A stretch of DNA of 64,000 nucleotides, the filler included, from Reclinomonas americana ATCC 50394 (Eukaryota), in assembly GCA_048213135.1 (NCBI GenBank). It is 14 parts of 14 records of this genome, joined end to end, with 100 filler letters (N's around TTAATTAATTAA, not from the genome) between each part and the next. Parts side by side here need not be neighbours in the genome. Positions count along the whole stretch, not along the records: positions 1 to 8,032 come from AFZH01017672.1; positions 8,133 to 15,442 come from AFZH01017674.1; 12 more parts are not named here. One strand, 5' to 3'. Numbering within the stretch: the first letter of the stretch is position 1; each line of letters begins with the position of its first letter. The notes beneath the pieces were generated by a model. That model searched no databases. It worked only from the letters and a program-made list of their open reading frames with translations, and had not been told where the DNA came from. The translations under genes were made by a program, and so were the position numbers. Positions 1 through 11,100 of the stretch are shown in pieces.

Positions 1-75
1 TCCTCCTCCTCCTCCTCCTCCTTCCTCCTCCTCTTCTTTCTCCTTCCTCACGCTTCCCCTTCCCTTCCACAGGCC

Positions 76-473
76 ATGGTGGTGGAGAACAATGCAGCTC
101 CTTCTCCTGTGGCAGAAGAGGAGCCAGCGGCGGAGGAGGAGGAGATCGGGAGCAGTGGCAGCGGTGCACTGGACTTTGTCAGCGGGATCTTCCGACCGGG
201 CGTGCAGAGTGGCGTGGTCACTGCGCTGAATGTGGTACTGGTGCTGCTGGTGATCATCACCGTGAGTCTGGCGGTGTCGGGGCAAGCGTCGGTGCACATT
301 TACGTGATGCTGGCGTTGACGATTGGACTGTTTGTCTCGTTGCATTGGTATGTGCGCTCCCAACCCTCTGTCTTGTGCCTTGTGACTCATCTGTCTTTGC
401 GCGCAGGTTCCTCACGCAATACTACGCCGAGTTGGAGCGCATGCGAAAGGAAAAGGAAAAGGAGAGCAAGTGA
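76..473 (+). CDS. PKR1: Pkr1-like small ER membrane protein (V-ATPase assembly factor family)
   Basis: Exons 76-347 and 407-473 (GT-AG intron) give ...DFVSGIFRPGVQSGVVTALNVVLVLLVIITVSLAVSGQASVHIYVMLALTIGLFVSLHWFLTQYYAELERMRKEKEKESK*. The IFxPG motif, two hydrophobic helices, SxH and GLxxSxxWF pattern match Pkr1 as I recall it. A cag at 70-72 may indicate an upstream exon. Confidence 0.7.
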
Positions 474-508
474 AGAAACAAGTACATTGTGTTGCTGTTG
501 GTATTGGC

Positions 509-3500
509 TCACGACAGTCCCACCACCTGACCCGTCTCGGCGTCCACGTCAATGTCAAAGTACGCCGGTCGTGTCGGCAGACCGGGCATCTACGATATTC
601 GCACAATGGTCAGCAACCAGGTGTGAAGCAACAAAGGGGGGAAAGAATCACAAACCGTGCTCATCTCTCCCGTGAGGAGGTACACAAAACCGGCACCGAC
701 ACTGGCACGCGCTTCGCGGACCGGGAAGGTGAAGCCGGAGGGCGCGCCCTTGAGCTCGGGATCGTGGCTGCGACACGAGCCATGAGCAAGACAATTGCCA
801 GAGAGCACAAGACACATATCTCTCTCGCACCTGAACGAATACTGCGTCTTGGCGACACAGATCGGCAGCTTGCCGTACCCGAGCTCCTCGAAGCGGGCGA
901 GCTGCTGCTCGGCCAGAGGCGAGTACTCGACCGCGGCTGCTCCGTACGTCTTGGTGGCCAGCATCTCAATCTTTTGCTTGAGTGTGGCCTCCAGTGGGTA
1001 CAGGAAGTTGAAGTTGCTCGTGTTGGACTGCGCAAGGAGGGGAAAGGAATTGAGACGAGGCTTCTCCCTCAATCAATTGCTCTTCCCCTGCTGCCCACAA
1101 GCTGTCTTCCTCGATTCCTTTCCATTCCTTCTATTTGTGCTCTTTCTCTTCCTTTCATTGTGGCGCACAGTCTCCCCACCCTTGCCTTCCTCTCTCCCCA
1201 CGCTCTCCCCCTCTGTCCCTCCCTCTCTCTCTCTCTTTACCTCTGCAGCCAACCAGTCGGGTCTGAGGACGTCTGATTCCAGCGCACACCACTTCCCTTC
1301 TCCTTTCAACCTTCTCTCGACCTATCGCGCTTTTCCGATCATACTACGCGCAACCGTGTCTCTCCTCTCCTCTCACTGACTTGCTCTCTCTCTTCTCTCT
1401 ATCACTCACTGTGTCAATGCCTGAGCATCGCAGCGCACCATTGATCTTCTTCTTCACCAATGTCCGAGCTATGTCTCATTCTCACAGGCCTGCAGATATT
1501 CTTGCCTCATGTCTCTGAATAATGCTTGGCGACAGCTTATTTCCCTCCCGTGTACGATCCACTACCTTCCTCCCTCCTCTCGCTCACCTCCCCTTCCCCT
1601 TTCCCCCTTTGCCCCAACTCACCTCCTTGCACGCCCTCTGCACAGCCTCGGCCAGCGCCACCGCACCCTTGCCACCCTCGGCGACATGCGTCGACACCTT
1701 CACATCAAACGCGCCGGCCATCATCGCCGCCGCACTGACAGCCGCCAGCTCCTCGTCGGTGTCCTTGGGGAAGCGATTGACGGCCACCACCACGGGCACG
1801 TTGTAGGCGCGCACGTTTTTGATGTGGCGCTCGAGATTGCTGCAGCCGCGGCGGACCATCTCCACGTCTGTTGCCCCCAAACAATGAGAAGAAGAAGAAA
1901 AGAAGGGGAGAAGAAGAAAAGTGGAGATACCTGGGGTGTTGATGTCAAAGTTCTTGGGCGGGGAGCCGTGCGACTTGAGAGCACTGTGCATGCACAGTGG
2001 CTTCAGACTCTCTTTCTTTCAGAGTGAGAACGAGGTTTGACGCACCGCACAGACGTCACAATGACCACGCAGTTGGGTCGGAGGCCACTGTAACGACACT
2101 TAATGTTCATGAACTGTGGGTGGACGGGGGCATTGTGAGCGACCGCCTCCAATTCCCATCCTTCTCACATGAACTCATGAACCTTTTCACCTGCATGGGA
2201 AAAGGAGTGAGCAAAGAGAAACGATCCTCTACATCGCCTCTCACGACAACGCAACAGCCTTCAGCGGCGCTGAATCCGGCCTCCTGCAGCACGTAACCTT
2301 CCTTGCCGACCAGCTTGAGTGCGATACGGTCCGAGATGATTGAATTGTTGCCTTCACGAGGGAGAGAAGTGAGAGAGCGTTGATACCAAATGGCAATTAG
2401 CCAAGCACGCACCATGCGCGATGTTGGCAAACGGACCAGTACTGCACGAGAAGACAGTGAGTTCCACGACGTGCGCTGGTCCGCAACATCGCCCGCAACT
2501 GCACAAGCACTGGCGTGCGCTCCAGCGTCTGCATCAACGTCGGTTGAAGAGCATCCTGTATGAAGGACATTTCAGCATTACTACTCACTCTGCGTGCTTT
2601 TGCCAATGAAGCAAACCTTCAGCAGCACTGTCATGGCCCCGGCGACACCAATGTCATCGGCGGTGACCGGCTCGCCACTCTTGCTGAAACCGACCAGCAT
2701 GCGACCGAGGCGGGCGCGCAGATCAGGCAACTGCGATGATCGTGTCATTCAAGAGCCAGAAAGGCGAAGGGAGAAGACCGACACACAAGAGATGTGTGCA
2801 GTATGCCTTGAAGTATAACGACAAACAAATAGGGAGAGAGAAAGAGAGAAGAAGAAGAAGAAGGGCACACAAAGACAACAGTTTGCTGTCCTCCAAAACG
2901 GAGAGATAGGAGTGGAGAAGCAGGTCAAACGACAGACGCACAAGAAACGGCCTGCCTCTCCACAGGAACAACGACACACAAAGACGACACTTGCCCTTTC
3001 TCGCAAACAAAGAGAGAGAAGAAGGGAGAAGCAGTCGAAAGAAATGCGAGGGAATGTAACGAAGACTGACACAGAAACAACTGCGCAGTCAGTGTCTGAA
3101 AGCACAACGGCCGAGAGAGAGGACTGTAGAGAAGAGAAGAAGATTGATGCACACTCTTTCACTTCCCTCCCTCTCATTCCTTCCACTCTCCCGACCCCCC
3201 TATCCTTCCTCCTCGCCCCAGTTTCCTTCCTCCTACGAAATGAGAGGAAGAGAAAAGAAAGATTGCGAGAGAAGTGCACAAGAAACTGCCCTCCTTAAAG
3301 GCAAAGAAAGAGAGAGAATAGCTGTCTCCTTTCCCATTCCCATTTCCCTTCTCCTTTTCCTCCTTTCCCCTCACCGAATCCGCCAGCGCCAGAATGGCCA
3401 TGGCCTCCGACGCCACGGCAATGTCAAACCCCGTCTGCCGAGCCATGCCCTTCTCCGCCGCACCTGCATACAGCGCCGAATCAGCGCAAGCCATTCGACA

Positions 3501-4877
3501 ACCCCTTACCGCACACCCTCGCTTCACGCCCACCTTGCCCAATCGTGATGGTGCGCAGGAGGCGATCGTTGACATCCAGCACGCGTCGCACCGTCACACG
3601 CTCCGGATCAATGTCCAATCTGCGCACTCATTGAGGTCATCACGCCTCAACTCCACGAGACCACATCCACGCACCTGGCAAAACGACGAATCTCCTCGGC
3701 TGTCAGATGATCTGGCACGGTCTTGTGAATCCCGAGTCGCTTCAGCCGGCCCAGCATCGGGGCCGTGAAGGATCTGCAAAGAAACAGCGACAGGGGTGAT
3801 TGAGTCACAGACATATAAAGTGCATGGTGAAGACACACACAAACACACCGCTTATTGCCTTCGCCAGGCACCAGGCGACGATACAATGCCGCATCACCCT
3901 GCGTGGCCTCGTGAAACATTCTCGCATCGACGGCGGCTGCTCATGCACCGTTCGTTGAGCAACAGCAAGGAGGGAAACACACAGCAGAAAGCCACTGACC
4001 AGCCAGCAAGTTGGTGGCGATACTAATGGCGTGAATGTCGCCCGTCAAGTGCAGATTAATGTCCTCCATTGGCGTCACCTGCGCGTAGCCGCCTCCCGCC
4101 GCACCGCCCTTGACTCCACTGCCAGCAGTCAATGAGCTCCTACATACAATGAGGGCAACACTGTGGACGAAACAAGGTCGGGCCCATGGACGGCTGTCGC
4201 AGATTGCAGAACACGCGCTGTCCGAGATGCGCACCGAGCGCCTGCGACAGTCCGACAGTCACCGTCGTCTTGCCCTCACCGTAAGGCGTCGGCGAGGTGC
4301 CCGCAATACACACTACGCCCGATTCAGCATGGAAGACACACACACTCTCTCCCACAGACAAAGAACGCGCACCATAGTTGCCATTCGGCGCGTCGGCCAA
4401 TCGTTTCAGCACGTCGAGACTGATCTTGGCCTTGTGTTCACCATACAAGACCAGCTGCATTGGGGTGCTGCTGCTGAGTGCCACCCTCCCAGCAAGCCTA
4501 CTCATCTCAATGAGCACAACGCACCTCATTGTCGAGAATGCCATACTGCTTGGCCAGTCGCGACACAGCAATCGGCTGATCACAGAGAGATATCAGGACA
4601 ACTCTTTCTCCACTCACTCACTGACTGTCTCTCTTTTCGTTTTACCTTGATGCTCTGTGCGATGCGAATGTCAGAGGGCGTTGGCTTCTTCACATCGGTG
4701 AGGCGACGCGGGCACTCCTCCTCTGTGGTGGTGGTGCACAATGACACGCGGGAAAATTATGCAAACACGCGCACACTCACACATTCGCGCGCGCTCACCG
4801 GAGGAGGCAGAGGCGAAACGACGAGCAGAGGTGCGCGGAAGGAGGCTCCGTGCTCCTGCTCGCACCCACTGGAGCAT
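509..4877 (-). CDS. fhs: Formate--tetrahydrofolate ligase, monofunctional, with N-terminal mitochondrial-type presequence; about 19 exons
   Basis: Hand-spliced uninterrupted frame containing [108 protein letters not shown] and [14 protein letters not shown]. Carries the eukaryote-type insert MFHEATQ...RFARLDIDP. ATG at 4877, TGA at 509-511. Confidence 0.95.
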
Positions 4878-4970
4878 TGGATTCTCTCTCCCTCACGAGT
4901 GACGGAGTGAAGCAAAGGACGATGAGGACAAGTCGACTAAAAAAGCGTTTCATTCATCGTTGCTTGTCTC

Positions 4971-7627
4971 TCATATCGAGTCTTCGCGTGTGATTGTGCC
5001 CCTTCTCGACCGCTTCTGTGGTGGTAATAGCTCGGCGCCGCTTATTGAATCGCCGACCGGAACCGCGCCACCGACTTCGCCACTTCCACTGCCGCCACCA
5101 CCACCACTGTCGACCAATAGTGGTGGAGCACCGTAGGCGGCCGCGGCTGTCACCACCATGGCGGGCCACTGTGAGGGCGTCGACAGGGTCTCGGCACTCG
5201 TGTCCATTTGCCACGATTCGTCTTCGTCCGCCATCGGGGGAACCGCAGCAGCGCCAGCCGGCATGTAGGCCCCCGTCATGTAGGGGTGTGCGGAGAGTGG
5301 TGGCGGTGCTGGCAGCGACGAGGGACCCATTGAGAGTGGTGGTGGTGGTGGTGCGCCGTAGGATGCTGTAAAATTGACGGCAGCTGCGCCGGGAAGCACC
5401 TCTGGTGGAGGCTCCGCCCACTCATCCTCCTGCTGGTCCATGTCTTCGTCCTCCACGTCGGAGTGTGTTCTTGTTCTCCGAATGGGTGACGAGCGCCTGC
5501 AGCCGCACATGAGAAGAGATTCGAGGAGAAGCGACTCTTCCGCTTTCCCCATACCGTTTGGTGGGGGACAATGAAGAGGGGCGCGGGGGCAGACGGGGCG
5601 GCTCCTGTTGCGATCTGGTAAAGGCCAGACCGATGATATCTTCCGTGGCTCGTGCTGGCATGTACTGTGTGCCGGGAATACCAATCGGTGGCGGAGCAAC
5701 AGGCAATGGTGGGGCCTATTGTGCACGCGGTGAGACGTCGGAAAGACCACGAGCATCTTCATGGAAAAACTCACCGCTTGCATCGGTCCACCTATTGAGG
5801 GCGGCGTGACGGAGCGTGGGGAGCGAGGAGCACGGTAGCCACCTGCACGGTGCGGTGACACGGGTGGCGAAACATCGGGAGCGGCTGAACCGGCCATGGG
5901 CAATTGCACAGAGAGAGGATTCACGGCGGCGGGAACCATTGGCATGCCGCCGCCAAGAGGCGCATAAGGACCACCACCGACCACGGGAGCCGGGTACATG
6001 CCATGTGCGGGCGCTGGCCACGCGCCATACAGCGGTGGTGGTTGCTGGTAGTACCCTGCTGCATCACCACTGTACATGGCTCCGTACGCAATGGGTGGCA
6101 CACTGCCAATGGGGGCGGCAGCGGCGCTAAGCGTGGGGGTGTGATGCGAACTCGGCGACTCGGCGCCGGAAAACTCGCCATCTGCATCAACCACGACATG
6201 AGCAACAACGGGTCACACTCACCACTGCCCGCTGCGGTGGCGTACCTTCTGGCTGCTCCGGCTTCTTCAACCGCTTGCGGAAATTCTGATACCACACATT
6301 GACACGCGCACCGTCCCAGTCGGGTCCCAGCGATCTCGCAATCTCCTCACGCTCCGAGGCCTTGGGATAGGGATTCTGTTCGTACAACTCCAACAGCCTC
6401 TTCTTCTGCTCCGGGGTGGTCACCCGCCGCTTCGACGTCTTGTAGTCGGGTCGTGTTGACGACGACGGAGAGTGGCGATCGGGAGAGCTGCGACGCGGGC
6501 TCAACGAACCCGTGGAGCGCGGTGAGTCGGCTCCACCAACCCCTTGCCCCGCTGGTACCGTGGAGGGTGACGATCCTGGATACGACATGGCGGAGCCCAG
6601 GGGACCTCCGCGGCTGGCGGCTGCAGCGGCGACAATGGCCGCGGCTGCGACCACCGAATTCATGTCCCACTGGCCGGCCATCGGCTGCATCGGCTGCTGC
6701 TGCTGCTGTTGCTGGCGAGGTGAGAGTGAGGGCGGCGTGTGCGGTTGGTGTGAAGCTGGCGGCATTGGTGGCCACGAGCTGCCGCTCACGGGCCTACCGA
6801 ATTGCTGCTGCGCAGATGGAGGGGGCGGGGCGTACGGATTGACTGGCTGCTGCGCCATCATGCCCCACGGGTACTGCATCGGTTGCGGCATCTGCTGCGG
6901 TGGTGCCATGTATGGAGACCACTGTGCTTGCAGGTGCGCCGCTGCATGTTGCTGCTGTTGATGATGCTGCTGTTGTTGATGATGTTGCTGGTGCATCTGA
7001 ATCATGGCGGCGGTTGACGCCGGCGGTGCAACAAGCGTCGTTGGACTGTTGCTGGATCGAGATGACGGCCGCTGGAACATGCCCTCATATGGCGGCAACG
7101 ATTGCGCAAATTCAGAGAAGCTGTTTGACAAGACGCGGGGCGTGAGGAGAGATGAATGCAGGGGTTTGGAGGCATTGTACAGGCGACAAACCCAAATGGC
7201 GCATGACTCTCGCCGTGCACACTGCCGGGACGGTCGGTCAGCCCTGCATTCGCATATGCATCGGGAACACGCGGTGATGTGGGAGCCGAGAGAGACGTTC
7301 CTCCAGCTTGCTGCACAACCGCTGCGGCGGCGGCAGCGGCAGCGGCCGCACCACCACCACCAGGCATGCCCACTGATGGTGGTGGCATCACAGACATGGT
7401 GGGTACGGCGGCAGCGGCGGCGGCGGCTGCGGCAGCAGAGGCGGCAACGGGTGCACTGGCGAATGGACTCGGCAGGATCGGTACTGTGGGGCTGACGGGG
7501 TCTGCGCGATGAGGCGGGGGAGGATGAGGCATGGATGGTGAACGAAGGAGGAGGAGAGAATCGAGAATGAACCAGCCATGTATGTCATGCCAGCGTCTTC
7601 GTCGTGCAGGCTGTACTCGGTGCCCAT
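4971..7627 (-). CDS. Homeodomain transcription factor with Ala/Gln/Pro-rich low-complexity flanks (multi-exon; ends approximate)
   Basis: Homeodomain at about 6262-6440: KRRVTTPEQKKRLLELYEQNPYPKASEREEIARSLGPDWDGARVNVWYQNFRKRLKK. Upstream exons splice in frame from the ATG at 7627. Confidence 0.8.
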
Positions 7628-7920
7628 CTGGGTGGCGCAGGAGGTGTGAGCAGGGGGAAGGGGGTTGGGGAAAGGGAGAAAGGGGAAAGAGGGAAAGGGG
7701 AAAGGGGGAAAGGGGGAAGAGGGAAAGGGAGAGGGAGAGGGGAAGAGAAGGGAAGGGAAGGGGAAAGGGGGAAGGGGGAGGGTGGGTGAGACGGAAGGGA
7801 GAGAGCGAGAAGAACCAGGTGTCGTGTGGATGCATGTGGTAGTGCGTGGAGAGAGAGTGAGAAAGTGTGCGCGCGCGCGTGTGTGCGTGTGTGAGTGAGT
7901 GAGTGAGTGAGTGAGTGAGT

Positions 7921-8032
<112 letters not shown>

Positions 8033-8132
8033 NNNNNNNNNNNNNNNNNNNNNNNNNNNNNNNNNNNNNNNNNNNNTTAATTAATTAANNNNNNNNNNNN
8101 NNNNNNNNNNNNNNNNNNNNNNNNNNNNNNNN
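8033..8132. other. Artificial assembly linker (first of 13)
   Basis: N44-TTAATTAATTAA-N44, with stops in all six frames. The others start at 15443, 20520, 27026, 38485, 40483, 43585, 45878, 48840, 50362, 54168, 56784 and 62900. Confidence 0.99.
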
Positions 8133-8199
8133 TCTCTCTCCTGCAGTCATTGGTGTTCTCGTGTCGCGTAGTTCTCACCTGGGCGATGCATGCACCCAG

Positions 8200-11100
8200 C
8201 TGCTCACCAGGAGCACATGGAACGCACAGCGATGGAAGGCGTTGTCGAGGTACAGTGATTGTGTGTAATTGCAAGATGAGCATGTCTCTTACTGATCTCT
8301 CTCTCGCTCTCTCTCTTGGCATGATTGGACAGCAACGTACGAGGAGGCGGCGAGTCGACTCGTCTCTCGTGGACCACAGTGAGAACTTGCCTTCGCGTGA
8401 CTCAGTTGAGATATCGGCCCGCAAACGATCTCTGGAGATGAACTCCGATGAGGCGCGCGTCTCACTTTGCCTCTCGCTCGTGCATCGCAGTTGACACCTA
8501 ATATTTTCTTCATTCTCTGCAGGTGGATGCATCCAACAATGACGAGCTTGCGCCGCCAAAGAAGAAGAAGGTGTGAATTCTCTGTCGCTGACACTGTTGT
8601 GCTTGTTCATCGATCTGCATTTGGGCTCTTGTGTGTCAATGACGCATGTTGTGAATTCACAGCTCGGCAATACTCGAGCTGCGAAAACCCCAGAGGAGTT
8701 GAGCGCAGACGAGAAGCTGCTGCTGAATAAGCTGCTTGTTGCGTGTGCATGCTCTCTCTGACATCGTTGCAACCCCTTCAGCCTCCTCCTTCTTTCCGTC
8801 AATGCACTCACCATTCTTCTCCTGTCACTCGCAGCGATGCAATCGGAAGAGAGTTCTGGTGAAGGCGTTTGGCCTGATGGCACCCGTTGTTCATGGGTCC
8901 GCAGTCATCCACCATCAGAGTGCTCTCTTTGAGCTGGCCTGTGACGACTGCAGAATTCCATCGTCGGAGCGGGGTTGCTCGTCGTCTGTAGTCCAGTGTG
9001 CATTCGGCAAGAAGCTTGGCGACACTGCCAATAATTCACGCCACTCAATGCCCAAATCAGTTGAGGGTGTACTCCAGAGCGTGAGCAACTACATCGAGGT
9101 GAGCATGCGTGAGTGCATATGACGACCGTGGTATGTAAACCAACATGCAGATGATTGCACAATGCAGGTGAGCCAACTCAGTGGCTCGGCTCTGGTGGAT
9201 GCTGTTGAGAGACCGCTGATTGTGGTGGATGAGCGCGGGCATTCGGAGGTTCGTTGTATCTGCATGATACGTTGTGTCTGCTGCGATCGTGTCGACTGAC
9301 TCAGCTTGTTCGAGATAGGAATCATGGGAGAGACTGTCTCCAGCAAACAGGGCCCTGAAAGACCATCGACTGCCGTTTGTCAAGCAGTTCATGGATTCGA
9401 TGCGCGAGTGCGATGGTCTTGTAACTTCTCTGCTTCGAGACAACCACCTCTCTGAGGCCGAGATTGCGCGCGCCGTCACGTGGTGCCATGCGAAAGGTCT
9501 GCATTTGCATGCGGCTATTGGTGTTGCACTGATGTTGACCAGCATTACGCAGAATCTGGCGATGTGAAAATGGTGGTGAAGAAAGACGACGATGACATCA
9601 AGCATGAAGAAGATAACACCAAGGTGAGCATCAACAGGTCATGAATGACAGAGACTGGGTGTGTCTTCGTGGACTCGGCCACCCGCTGATGCGGCTTTCA
9701 CAGGAGGATGCAGGAAGTGATGATGGTGAAGAAACAAAGACGAGCAAGGTACGGCGTTGTCGCCGCTTGTGTATGGCTTGGGAGGCAGAAGTGTTGTCTC
9801 ATGGGGTGCGTATTTGCAGCGCGTCAATTGTGGTCGCCTTGTATTCAATGCGGATTTGAGCAAAGACGAGCGAACCGTACTGCACAGACTGCTTGTTGCG
9901 TGTTTATGAGCTGCAATACCCCAGCATGGCAGACTAGTTGCACCTTGCCATGCGCTTGCCTGTCATAACACTGGTGCGTGCGTGGATGTGTGCGAACAGC
10001 GGTGCAACAAGAGAAAGATACTGGTGACGGCATTCGGTATCATGGCACCATTTCTGAAACGAAACACAGTCTGGCATTATCAGCGAGTTCTCGTTGAACT
10101 CGCCTGCAACGAGTGTGGTATTCCTTCATCGGGAGCTTGCAGTCCGTCATCCGCAGTCACGGATTCATTCGGCAAGAGTCTTGGTGGTGTCGGCAACAAG
10201 TCGCGCACCAACACGCCCAAATCAGTTGAGGGAGTGCTCCAAAGCATGAGCAAGTTCATCGAGGTGAGCATCGGTCTGTGCTCTCCGTCTCTGGTGCGAC
10301 TGGAAAGTGAGCCAACGTCGGTGCTTGTGATCTCTTGCAGAAGAGTGAACTCCGCGGCGATGCTCTGGCAGATGCCATTGAGAGACCACTGATTGTGGTT
10401 GATGAACGGGGCCATTCGGAGGTGTGCAAACTTTCCTTTGTGTGCTCTCTACATTTCCCGGTTTGTGATCGTGCTTCAGGAGTCATGGAAGATGATGGAG
10501 AGGAAGTGGAACAACAACGACCGTCTCCTGCCGCTTATCGCCCAAGCCGCACAGGCGCTGCGAGAGTGCTCTGGCTTGCAAGCGTCGCTGATTCGAGACG
10601 GCTGTCTCTCCGATGCGGAGACCGCACGGGCCGTCGAGTGGTGCAGTGAGAGAGGTTTGATGGCATCGGGCGCGTTTTGCTGTGCAACTTGTCAGGACTG
10701 ACGAACGAGATGCAGCTCTGCTGGAGGCCAAGGTGCTGAAGAAAGAAGAGAGGAAGGAGGAGGAGGAGGAGGGGGAAGAGGAAATGGAGGACGAATCGAG
10801 GGTCGACGGGGAAGAAGATGAGGACGAAGAAGGTGAAAGGAGCAAGGTATGACCGTGAATGATGGGGTGGGTGCATACAGGCATCGTCTCATGGAGCGCA
10901 TTCACAGCGACAAGAGAGTGATTCTCACACAATTAGCAAGGATGAGCAGCTGATGCTGGCGAGGCTGCTTGTTGCGTGTGTATGCAGTTTTGTCCTCCTT
11001 CGGTAGTTGTCTGGCTACTTGAGTGTTCATTGCGCCACCCATGTGATTCATGCGAGAGCAGTGCTGCAATAAGACGAAGATACTGGTGATGGCGTTTGGC

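Noticed and set aside
2110..2182. Intron start GTTCATGA echoing the next exon start TTCATGA as an introner target-site duplication
   Set aside because: Single instance. Other introns, including the seven around the HECT micro-exons, show no shared sequence or duplication.
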